Of a stretch of 64,000 nucleotides of DNA, positions 1-11,171 are shown in pieces. This DNA comes from Octopus sinensis. Its lineage: Eukaryota. Under the pieces are notes generated by a model. That model had not been told where the DNA came from and did no database searches. It saw only the letters and a program-made list of their open reading frames with translations. The position numbers and the translations under genes were made by a program. Where the stretch lies: NCBI RefSeq assembly GCF_006345805.1, contig NC_043001.1, positions 129,146,001-129,210,000 on the forward strand, read 5' to 3'. Numbering within the stretch: the stretch's first letter is position 1; each line of letters begins with the position of its first letter.

Positions 1-263
1 CCAGTGAATTATAAATCCCACCAAAGTCAAATCTGCTTTTCATACTCCTGGGGTTGATAAAATAAAGTACCCACCACATACTGAAATCATCATAATCAAT
101 TGTTTTCTCCGTCTCATACTAAGAAGTGGTTCAGCAAGCACTTGTTACTGTGAACAGCAAAAATAATTCACAAATCACACACTGCCGTTTTTTAAATTAA
201 AAGAAAAGATGGGAAGGTCATGGCTGGAATAACATTAATTATAGAGCTGCTCAATCAAAAGGT

Positions 264-904
264 TTGCTTGCATTAAACAACTACAATAATCATGGTGGGT
301 ATCACAATTCCCAACAAAAAAACCCGAGCACCAGAATCAGCATCACCACCATCATTATCATCACCACTAACATTATTTCTACATACACCAGCAATAGTAT
401 CATCATCATCATCCTCATCCTCCTCCTCCTCATCATCACCACCACTACACAACCAGCATTAACACCACAACCACTGTCACCTTCACCACTGACACTACCA
501 GCAGCAGTAGCAGCAGCACCACCACCACCACCACTACTACCACCATCACACAACCAGCATTAACACCACCATCACCACATCACCGTTAATGGCATCACTA
601 CCAATTTCATTATCACCATCAGGAACACCACCGGCATCAGCATCACCACCATCGTCATCAACAGCATCAGCATCCCCATTTTCATTATCCCCACCACTAG
701 CACTAACACCTACGCCATCAGCATAATGATCATCACCACAATTACTACCGCCTATGCCATCAACATCAAATCAAATACCACCACTAGTGTTAAGAATGTC
801 ACCCAAACCACCACCATAGCAACAACAGCATCATCATCATCATCATCGTCGTCGTCATCATTGTCGTTGTCATCATCATAATCATCATTATTGTTGTTGT
901 TGCT

Positions 905-936
<32 letters not shown>

Positions 937-2030
937 CGTCATCGCCACTAATACGATGTCAACAACGTCAACAACAATATGGTAAAATAACTAATGAATC
1001 TCTTCTTCTCATCTTTCTTCCTCATCCATTATATAACAACAACAACAACAACGGCAACAACAACAATAGGAATATCAGCAACACCAGTACTATCATTAAT
1101 GCAAACACTGAAACAACTGCAACCCCCAATACCACCAAACACCATCACAGGCACTACCACAACCACTAGCATAAACATTACCACCAACACCATCACAACC
1201 ACAAAAGTACTACCATCACCACCAAACTACTACTACCACCCCCACCACCACCACGATCATCATCATCATCATCCACATCATCACTACCACCTCCAATACC
1301 ACCACTAATATGATAAAAGTATGCAAATTCACATTACGTCACCACCACCACCACCATCACTAGAGGCACTACCACAGCCACCAGCATTAACATCACCACC
1401 GACACCATCATAACCACCAACACTATGACTACCTACACTACCACCACCACCACCACCACTAACACCATCACAACCACCGAAACTTCTACCACTACTACCA
1501 CCACCACAACCACTACCACCACTACTAGCATAAACATTGCCACCACCACCACCACTGCTGCCATCTTCATCCACACCATCACTACCACCTCCAATACCAC
1601 CACTAAATATGATAAACTTCACATTACATTACTACCACCACCACCACCACCACTAACACCCTCACAACCACCAAAACTTCTACCACTACTACCAGCACCA
1701 CTACTAGCATAAACATCGCCACCACAACCACCACCACCACCACCACCACCACCAACACCACCACCACCACCACCAGCTAGCATAACCAACATCAACACCA
1801 TAAGGGCATAACAAACATCACTACCACTACCCCCACAACTATCATCATCATCATCATCCTCATCATCACCACTGCCACCGACACCACCACTAATATACCA
1901 AACATAAACACCATCACAACACAACATCCACACCACCAACATGACTAACAATGACACGACTAACAGTAACATGATGACAACGACGACGACCACCACTGCC
2001 ACCACCAACACCACCAATACCCAGTCAACC
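264..2030. repeat. ACC/ATC/AAC-rich low-complexity tract with internal ~300-nt higher-order duplications
   Basis: Degenerate trinucleotide repeats. The block 'ccacaccatcactaccacctccaataccaccacta..atatgataaa' occurs near 1270 and 1570; 'cactagcataaacat' occurs near 1164, 1524 and 1703. Confidence 0.9.
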
Positions 2031-2499
2031 GCCACCTTCATTAAACGTACATGCAGCCAGCCTCTCATCCAGTTCCCTTCATCTGTGGTTTTTGCTCCAT
2101 CAGTTGAACAAGTAAGTCTCTTTAAATGCTGTTGGATGTTCATGATACTTACAACAAAGGGCTCTTTAGAAAATATTGCATTTCAGCTCAAGGGAACTGC
2201 AAAGTAGCATTATAAGACAAAAGAACTAATGTGCTGCCAGTTATACCTAGAGAGTCAGTTAAAATGGTTCCAGCTTACTTATAAGATAACAATATGCATG
2301 TGCGCATTTGTGTGTGTATGTGTGCATAGACACATTCATAGACATATATACATACACATTTTGCTTAGGCGTTGTGAGGTAATAAGCCGATGTAGAAATC
2401 AGTATAGATATGCATCAGAAGAAAGTGTTAGGTGAGTATAGGGTGATAATAAGAAAACGAGGTGATAAAAGAATAAAAGATTATCTTATGAGCTCCATT

Positions 2500-2580
2500 A
2501 GCTTACAGCTGTTTCTGCCTTAAAATGCAACAGACTCATTCTTGAGTGCCTGAATAACATTTTATAGCTTCATCAGAGCC
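2500..2580 (-). ncRNA. Type I minimal hammerhead ribozyme motif (intact core)
   Basis: Minus strand: ggcu CUGAUGA a[gcua uaaaaug ... cauuuua aggc]a GAAA C AGCU GUA agcu. Stem I ggcu/agcu is 4 bp; stem III is 2 bp with a palindromic AGCU loop. Confidence 0.75.
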
Positions 2581-2663
2581 TTGAATATGAAGCAGACTTT
2601 ATTTGGGAAAAGAATTGTATTTGTGATTACATACAAGGAAAGGCATTGCCAGCTTCATATTTG

Positions 2664-2740
2664 AGGCTCTGATGAAGGTATAAGGTGTTATTCACTCAAC
2701 TATGAGTTCACTGCATCTTATAGCAGGAACAGTTGTATTC
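2664..2740 (+). ncRNA. Degenerate hammerhead motif (partner arm)
   Basis: ggct CTGATGA ag gtataaggtg...catcttatagca GGAA cagtt GTA. GAAA has become GGAA and the stem I 3' strand has diverged. Confidence 0.5.
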
Positions 2741-2793
2741 TAATTAAGTTAATAACATAATTGTTCTTCCCTTTGTCATCTCAATTTCTCGTC

Positions 2794-2836
<43 letters not shown>

Positions 2837-3275
2837 AGAAAAGGTGAGTTGTAATGTAAAATATAAATATAAAATAAAAAAGGAAATGCACACAGTCTAC
2901 GAGTATTTGTGTTTGTCGACTGGTTTCGCTTTCACTAATCATGACATTGAAATTATTGTAATTTCATATTTTCTTAAGAAGATTTTTGTCCATGCTGTGT
3001 ATGGGAATTTCATTCACAGATTCCCATATTATGTCTGACATAGCAGATGCAGAAATACACATAGTGAAGTATGCTGTATTTTGAACTCATAGTCAGCCTG
3101 AGGCTATATGAGACACTTGCCCAAGATGCCACAAGGTACTTTGTAGTGGGATTGAACCTGGAACCATCATCTAGGGTTTCCTTTCAAAGAACTGATGAAG
3201 TAGGTACAAGAGATTGTCAGTCATTGATATTTAACCCTTTAACATTTACATTTCTTTGTCAAATGTATTGCTTAT

Positions 3276-3482
3276 TTACTCTTTTACTTGTTTCAGACTG
3301 CGGCCATGCTGGAGCACCGCCTTTAGTTGAGCAAATCGACCCCGGAACTTATTCTTGGTAAGCCCAGTACTTATTCTATCGGTACCTTTTGCCGAACCGC
3401 TAAGTGACGGGGATGTAAACACACCAGCATCGGTTGTCAAGCGATGTTGGGGGGACAAACACAGACACACAAACACACACAC

Positions 3483-3513
<31 letters not shown>

Positions 3514-3666
3514 CGACAGGCTTCTTTCAGTTTCCGTCTACCAAATCCACTCACAAGGCATTGGTCGGCCCGGGGCTATAGCGGAAGACACTTGCCCAAG
3601 ATGCCACGCAGTGGGACTGAACCCGGAGCCATGTGGTTGGTTAGCTAGCTACTTACCACACAGCCA
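3276..3666 (-). mobile_element. tRNA-derived bipartite SINE (family A) with internal (CA/TA)n microsatellite
   Basis: The head (minus) has A-box/B-box-like motifs (tggctgtgtggtaag...ggttcagtccc) and the tail is ...gaaacaagtaaaagagtaaa. About 20 homologous copies or fragments occur in the window. Confidence 0.85.
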
Positions 3667-4489
3667 CGCATTATCTTGTAGCTTCAAGATTTCAATGGTG
3701 TGTTTGTATAAGGTTGGTGTTATGAAGGGCATCCAGCCATAGAAACCATGCCTAAACAGACACAGAAGTATGGTGCAGATTTTTGCCTAGCCAGCTCCTG
3801 CCAAACCGGTCAACTTATGCCAGCATGGAAGGAGGATGTTAAATGAACCAGTTTGTAGTGGAACCAGTGAAGGAACATTTACATGGTTGCTCAGTCTACT
3901 AGAAATAGCAGCCAAATTTCCAGGGATCACACAGATATACTGGAAAATAAAGATGCTGATAACCTCATCACCCCAAAATAACGACAATGAAAAGATATAC
4001 TGGTCATGGGTGGAATACTTTTGCTCATAGAGCTGCTCTTTCAGTGCTGGCATGGAACTAAACAAAAACAACAACAATAATACAAACACAATGACAAATT
4101 TCCGGTCTATGGTTCTTTAGATCTAAGTCTACCTAAGTTCAGCTTAGTCTTTCATCTCTATATAAGTTGATGTAATAATAAGTATTGGCAATTTTAATGG
4201 CTTCATGTATGAAATATATGAAAGATCCATTTAGGAAAAAATCATAAACATAAATGTAAGGAATGATGCAGGAATTTCCTCTACATATAGATTAGAACCA
4301 ACAACATCCTTATATTCTGCCCCTCCTTAAGATCAATTTTATTTAATCCTATCTGATTTATACCAGAAACCTCTACTATTCTCTTAAAAAAAATAGGCGG
4401 CATTTTATGGATACAAAAAGGGCTTGCTTTAACCCTTTTTTTACTTTATATATATATCTATATAAATACATGCGTATATATATACATAC

Positions 4490-4557
<68 letters not shown>

Positions 4558-5559
4558 CGACAGGCTTCTTTCAGTTTCCGTCTACCAAATCCACTCACAA
4601 GGCATTGGTCGGCCCGGGGCTATAGCGGAAGACACTTGCCCAAGATGCCACGCAGTGGACTGAACCCGGAGCCATGTGGTTGGTTAGCTAGCTACTTACC
4701 ACACAGCCACGCATTATCTTGTAGCTTCAAGATTTCAATGGTGTGTTTGTATAAGGTTGGTGTTATGAAGGGCATCCAGCCATAGAAACCATGCCTAAAC
4801 AGACACAGAAGTATGGTGCAGATTTTTGCCTAGCCAGCTCCTGCCAAACCGGTCAACTTATGCCAGCATGGAAGGAGGATGTTAAATGAACCAGTTTGTA
4901 GTGGAACCAGTGAAGGAACATTTACATGGTTGCTCAGTCTACTAGAAATAGCAGCCAAATTTCCAGGGATCACACAGATATACTGGAAAATAAAGATGCT
5001 GATAACCTCATCACCCCAAAATAACGACAATGAAAAGATATACTGGTCATGGATGGAATACTTTTGCTCATAGAGCTGCTCTTTCAGTGCTGGCATGGAA
5101 CTAAACAAAAACAACAACAATAATACAAACAACAATGACAAATTTCCGGTCTATGGTTCTTTAGATCTAAGTCTACCTAAGTTCAGCTTAGTCTTTCATC
5201 TCTATATAAGTTGATGTAATAATAAGTATTGGCAATTTTAATGGCTTCATGTATGAAATATATGAAAGATCCATTTATGAAAAAATCATAAACATAAATG
5301 TAAGGAATGATGCAGGAATTTCCTCTACATATAGATTAGAACCAACAACATCCTTATATTCTGCCCCTCCTTAAGATCAATTTTATTTAATCCTATCTGA
5401 TTTATACCAGAACCTCTACTATTCTCTTAAAAAAATAGGCGGCATTTTATGGATACAAAAAGGGCTTGCTTTAACCCTTTTTTTACTTTATATATATATC
5501 TATATAAATACATGCGTATATATATATACATACATACATACATACATATATATATATAT

Positions 5560-5600
<41 letters not shown>
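3512..5600. repeat. Direct tandem duplication of a ~1.04-kb unit (3512-4555 and 4556-~5600)
   Basis: Near-identical sequence at offset 1042-1044. ORF pairs are 3836/4879 and 4407/5449. Junctions lie in (TA)n tracts. Confidence 0.95.
3850..4082 (+). mobile_element. SINE-like family D (ctagaaatagcagccaaa ... ggtcatggctggaat ... (CAA)n tail); duplicated at 4893-5125
   Basis: Shared motifs with ~100-270, 18095-18275 (minus), 27470-27700 and 63880-64000; A-rich microsatellite tail. Confidence 0.6.
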
Positions 5601-5604
<4 letters not shown>

Positions 5605-6714
5605 TATATATATATATATATATCATGTGCTTTAGGGCGGGAATATGAAAGAGAATTTCCTTATAGGGTTTGGTTAGGAGGTTGGTTATATCATGTATCA
5701 ATTAATCAAACTTTTATTATCCTTTTTACATTTTTTTGCATAAAGAATTCATGAGAAAAATTGGAAGTGTAAATAAAGGAATAAAGAAACGAGATACATC
5801 ACAAATTATAAGCAGTAATTTTAAAAAGGAAATTGCAACATTAAAATCAATGGATTTTAAAAATTCTTTTATAATTTTTATTCTATCATAAAATATATAT
5901 ATTTATTCTTTCATAATATATAATATATATATATACATATATTCATTTATTTATTCTTTCACAATATATATATATATTTTTTAATAATCTTTTATTTGTT
6001 TCCATTATAATATAAAGTAAAACACTTCCTTTAAATCAGCCAGCTTATTAACCAAACAACAATGATTCAGAAATTTGGTAAATAAACATCATTTTTAAGG
6101 GTGTTTGTAAACTGTAGCTGCAATTTAAACAGCTGAAATTGATTGCTTTCAAACAATTTGAAGAAAGAAAACAAAGCCTACTTCTGTATACACACATAAA
6201 CGCACAAAACGAAAATGCACTCCTACCCTGCCATCTCCCACTCACACACACACACACACTCTCTCACACCCGCCCACTCAAAGAATTAATCAGACAATGA
6301 GACAACAAAAATATGTAATCCTGTTTATGGAAACTGCTAATGAGGATTTTCAGATGCCTTTAAAGAGTCATGCGATTAATTGAATTTGTTTTTGAATTCC
6401 ACTGCTCAAATCTGATGGACCAAACCTTATTGGAGTAATTGGCAGAAGATGTGTTCAATATGTGCTTCAGTCAGTCAATTATCCTGTTTTTATTACTGCC
6501 ATGTTCTTCTAAAATTTGGGATATCAAACAGGTGACATTCAGTGACAGATTTCACCCTTTTGAGACCAACCTGCCTGAGATTGCCTGTGGTTCTAAGATA
6601 CAAGCTTTCTGTTTCAAAATGTTCTAATGTCTAAAGACTTCCACCAAAATTACATGTTAATTTTTGCTCCAAATACCACCCTAACTATGACAATGAAACG
6701 AAAGTCAATAATTA

Positions 6715-6866
6715 ACTGTGTGGTAAGAAGCTTGCTTACCAACCACATGGTTCTGGATTCAGTCTCATTGCGCGGCACCTTGGGTAAGTGTCTGCTACTA
6801 TAGCCTCAGGCCGACCAAAGCCTTGTGAGTGGATTTGGTAGACGGAAACTGATATAAGCCTGTCAT
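6715..6866 (+). mobile_element. SINE family A, 5' half
   Basis: Homology to other family A heads. Confidence 0.8.
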
Positions 6867-6882
6867 ATATATATATATATAT

Positions 6883-7258
6883 TTACTTTTACTTGTTTCA
6901 GTCATTTGACTGCGGCCATGCTGGAGCACCACCTTTAGTCGAGCATATCGACCCTGGGACTTATTCTTTGTAAGCCCAGTACTTATTCTATCAGTCTCTT
7001 TTGCCGAACCGCTAAGTGATGGCGATGTAAACACACCAGCATCGGTTGTCAAGCAATACTAGGGGGACAAACACAGACACACAAACATACACACACATAT
7101 ATATATACATATATACGACAGGCTTCTTTCAGTTTCTGTCTACCAAATCCACTCACAAGGCCCGAGGCTATAGTAGAAGACACTTGCCCAAGATGCCACG
7201 TAGTGGGACTGAACCCGGAACCATGTGGCTGGTAAGCAAGCTACTTAACACACAGCCA
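6883..7258 (-). mobile_element. SINE family A, full length
   Basis: Colinear with 3276-3666. Confidence 0.85.
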
Positions 7259-7711
7259 GGGAAATGGAAAATTAATTAAAATCTTCACCTCCAGTGGCCT
7301 AACGTGTAAAATTTTGTCCCAAAAGTCTATGAATTAGTCATAATATATAGTGTACATTTCCACGAGTGGATTCCTTATGTGTTTAAATGTACACTATATA
7401 TATATATATATATATATATGCGTGTATGCGTATGTGTCTTTGAGTCTGATAATGATAATATTTTTTATTATAAGTGATCTTGACGCTCTTTTTACTTTAC
7501 ATAAAATATTCTTTACATTCTACTGTTGTTTTATTGCCAATTATTTACGAGTACAATAAATTTTATAGGTAAAATATTTTTCTTGGAACGAATTGCGATT
7601 TATAACATTGTTACTATAGGAAATTATTGGTCTGCTTTATGAGTTTTTGAGTCTTCACTTACGAGTGGTCTACAAACAAATTAACTCGTATATCAAGCAT
7701 TTCTGTACATC

Positions 7712-7713
<2 letters not shown>

Positions 7714-7784
<71 letters not shown>
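7714..7784. repeat. (GA)n microsatellite
   Basis: Perfect dinucleotide run. Confidence 0.98.
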
Positions 7785-7787
<3 letters not shown>

Positions 7788-8034
7788 CAGCAAAATTGTG
7801 AGGAAAAGCTAAGTATCATTTATTTAATCTGATGCTTTAAATATTTATTCTTTCAAATGCATTGCTTCACTAGAGACTTGTGTCAAATTATATATAGTTA
7901 TTTGTTGAGCAATTCAGTGTGTTACATTTCAAGTGAGATGAATTAAAATGTATTCTGTTGAGGTTATGTGAGCTTATTGCTATATGCATACACAAAAACA
8001 AATATATTCTTATATCAATAACAATATATTAATA

Positions 8035-8722
8035 TGAGGAGGTATCCAAAAGTAAGTGGAAACATTCTCTGTTGGACAAGTCCATTGTAGTTCAAGCTTC
8101 TGCCACTAGAAGCCACTTGACGCAATCTTCAGACATCAGTCTGCTGACCGATGACAGCTTGTGAGGTCATCATCATCATCATTGTTGGACCGTGGTCGAG
8201 ACAATGGAATTTACCATGCTACGCCAGACTTCATGGTCCATCATGGCATTACGGAGGTCCGTTGCTGGATGCCTGTATCCCTGGAGATTACATCAGGGTA
8301 AGAGAGTGTTCGCCCTCTGGTATTGCGAGTAGATGGCTTCCAGAGGAGAAGAGTAGAAATTACTTCTTTTTCAGCTCTACAACAAGGTGTGTCTTTATTT
8401 TGCATGCTTCTGTGAAATTATGTTTCTGCTGAGGAAAACGGTGGTTGAAACAGTTGTCATACTTCAAATAACTTACAAGGGCGCTGCCATGAGCAAAGCA
8501 CAAGTTTATGAGTGGTTGAGGGGTTTTCACACTTCAGGAATGGTTACTTGTCCCTTGAAAACCAATCTTGTTAAGGGTGACTGTCAACCTCCCAAACAAA
8601 TGAATACATCAAGAAAATTCCTGAGCTGGTCTTGGAGGACCACCACTGAACAATTGGTGAACTTGTTGATATGATTGGAGTGTCCTGGAGCATCTGCCAA
8701 CTAATTTTGAGCAAGGAAAATT
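8035..8722 (+). pseudogene. Mariner-family transposon 5' fragment (TIR plus N-terminal HTH region of transposase)
   Basis: TA-tgaggaggtatccaaaagt TIR-like start. Translation FLLRKTVVETVVILQITYKGAAMSKAQVYEWL / FRNGYLSLENQSC*G*LSTSQTNEYIKKIPELVLEDHH*TIGELVDMIGVSWSICQLILSKE matches the mariner pattern YEWF..F..G..SLED..RSGRP; contains stops and frameshifts. Confidence 0.85.
8167..8366 (-). mobile_element. RTE-clade LINE 3' end nested in the mariner 5' region
   Basis: EVISTLLLWKPSTRNTRGRTLSYPDVISRDTGIQQ-(fs)-DLRNAMMDHEVWRSMVNSIVSTTVQQ* followed by a (GAT)n tail. Confidence 0.8.
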
Positions 8723-8777
8723 TGGTGTATCTTTAATTCCATGTTACACGTTTCCTTACAAGATAAGAATTACATTA

Positions 8778-8999
8778 TTCTTTTACTTGTTTCAGTCATT
8801 TGACTGTAGCCTTGCTGGAGCGCCTCCTTTTGTTGATCAAGCAGAACCCAGAACTTATTCTTTGTAAGCTTAGTACTTATTCCATCAGTCTCTTTTGCTG
8901 AATTGCTAAGTTATAGAGACATAAACACACAAGCATCAGTTGTGAAGCAATGTTGGGAGCACAAACACAGACACACAAACATATAGATATAGATATACA

Positions 9000-9043
<44 letters not shown>

Positions 9044-9468
9044 AATTTATATAAATAAGGATAAGATCGTTATTTAAAATACTAATCTTATCAGGTGACT
9101 ACCATGGGAATAAAAACCTCAAAGGTAATAATTAATTATTATAATTATAATTAAGGGTATCTAAGAGATACCACCACGCTAGAAATAGCAGCCAAAACTT
9201 GACTCTGAAACCACATTAAATGTGGTTGTGGTTTCAGAGTCAATTTTTGGCTGCTATTTCTAACGTGGAGGTATCTCTTAGATACCCTTAATTATAATTT
9301 TATATATATATATATATATACGACAGGCTTTTTCAGTTTTTGTCTACCAAATCCACTCACAAGGCTTTGGTTGGCCTGAGGCTATAGCAGAAGACACCTG
9401 CCCAAGGTGCCTTGCAGTGGGATTGAACCTGGAACCATGTGGTTGGTAAGCAAGCTACTTACCGCACA
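8778..9468 (-). mobile_element. SINE family A split by an insertion (~9040-9300) in its internal microsatellite
   Basis: The 3' half (8778-~9000) and 5' half (9320-9468) are colinear with intact copies. Confidence 0.75.
9143..9299. repeat. Near-perfect fold-back hairpin, 73-bp arms, 11-nt loop
   Basis: aattataattaagggtatctaagagatacc...gactctgaaaccaca (9143-9215) matches the reverse complement of 9227-9299 with 3 mismatches. Confidence 0.95.
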
Positions 9469-9769
9469 CCCAGAATATAAATATTAATAATAATAATGAT
9501 GATTATAAACAAATTGTGGCACAAGGCCAGCAATTTTAGGAGTGGGATGTTCAGTTGATTACACAAACTCCAGTGCTCAACTGGCATTTATTTTATGGAC
9601 ACTGAAAATATGTAAAGCAAAATCAACTACAATGGAATTTGAACTCAGAAAGTAAAAGAAAGGAGGATGAAGTGTCACTAGCATTAGTGTGCGAATGATT
9701 CTGCCAGCTTGCTGCCTTAACAACAACAACAACAACAACAAAAAATGTGTGTGAGATATCATCATCATC

Positions 9770-10260
9770 ATCATCATCATCGTTTAACGTCCGCTTTCCA
9801 TGCTGGTATGGGTTGGACGGTTCAACTGGGGTCTGGAAAGCCAGAAGGCTGTGCCAGGCCCAGTCTGATCTGGCAGTGTTTCTACGGCTGGATGCCCTTC
9901 CTAACGCCAACCACTCCATGAGTGTAGTGGGTGCTTTTTACGTGCCACCTGCACAGGTGCCAGACGAGGCTGGCAAACGGCCACAATCGGATGGTGCTTT
10001 TTACATGACACCGGCACGGGGACCAGACGAAGCTGGCAACGGCCACGGTCGGATGGTGCTTTTTACGTGCCACTGGCATGGAGGCCAGGCGAGGCTGGCA
10101 ATGGCCACGATCGGATGGTGCTTTTTACGTGTCACTGACACGGAGGCAGTCGGGGCGGCGCTGGCAATGACCACGTTCAGATGGTTCTCTTATGTGCCAC
10201 CGGCACTGGTATCACAGCTACAAATTCCATTGATGCTGACAGATTACAATTTTGATTTTC
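9770..10260 (-). mobile_element. SINE-like family C with (GAT)n tail and internal ~62-nt tandem modules
   Basis: Core gagtggttggcgttaggaagggcatccagccgtagaaac and tail ggacgttaaacgatgatgatg. Other copies at 12503-12750, 12758-13190, 30484-30762, 40390-40835, 57860-58357 and 63301-63535. Confidence 0.8.
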
Positions 10261-11133
10261 GTAATCTGTCAACATCAATGGAATATATTTGTTCATTTGT
10301 TGTACACCGGGTTTGCTAAGCTAGCATGGGTTACATAAATATATGGTGTTAAGGCATTTCATAGCTGCATGAACTTCCTGCTGCTAAACCTTATATATTT
10401 TACATTCCACCTATCTTTTGGTATCACAGAGCTGCCAAAAACTTTTATTGACACAGGAGTGACGACAGAGAATGCTGGCTGTAGCTCAGCAATTTCATAT
10501 GTTTGCAGAATGTAAACATTAACAGACACAGATTCAGAGGGACACAACCTAAAGCCAAGTGGTTGCATTGTGTGGTGTGTGTGTGTGTGTGTGAGTGTGT
10601 GTATGTGTGTATGTGCGTGTGTGTATGTATGTATGTATATATATATATACATATATATATATTCACACACACATACATATATATATATTTACAGCTATCC
10701 ATCTATAAACACACATACAAACACAGACACACACACCTCCTTTGTTACTTTTTCATTGTTTCTGTCTGTAGTTTTCTTTTATCTGTTTCACTCGTATATT
10801 GCTGTCCATTATTTTCAGTCCTTGTTTGTCCATCATCTCAGTTATATTTCCTATATTACTAGCACAACCAGGGGTACAGTACCATAGAACTTACAGTCTT
10901 TAGATTTTAAATGCATTGAAACTGTGATGACTCTGGACTCCATGGCTGATGAGAGGATTTCCATGTTTATTTGCCCTTGTCCTTTTCTGTTAATTGTTTC
11001 TAGATTTTGTGCTGACTTTTGTATATATATATATATATCTATATAATATATATATTATATATATATATATATATTATATATATATATGTATAATTATAAT
11101 ATATATATGTATATATAATATATATATGTATAT

Positions 11134-11165
<32 letters not shown>

Positions 11166-11171
11166 TAAATA

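Larger units (their letters stand above)
2483..2760. mobile_element. Inverted pair (~110-125 nt arms) of Penelope-like pLTR-type repeat carrying hammerhead-like motifs
   Basis: The reverse complement of 2483-2593 aligns with 2651-2760 (gcttcatatt..aggctctgatgaag.tataa..tgttatt...). A third homologue lies at 49866-49977. Confidence 0.7.

Noticed and set aside
8429-8458. CTGAGGA-aaacggtggtt-GAAA-C-AGTT-GTC hammerhead-like string
   Set aside because: No stem I pairing, and it lies within the mariner transposase reading frame (LLRKTVVETVV); chance match.
9931-10215. Repeat-spacer-like array resembling CRISPR (also 40399-40560 and 58040-58320)
   Set aside because: The 'spacers' are homologous to each other, the repeats are degenerate, the context is eukaryotic and there are no cas genes; these are tandem modules in a SINE.
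10418-10500. Frame CQKLLLTQE*RQRMLAVAQQFHMFAE with in-frame TGA (possible selenocysteine)
   Set aside because: No selenoprotein homology recognised and no SECIS evident; alternative frames are equally plausible.
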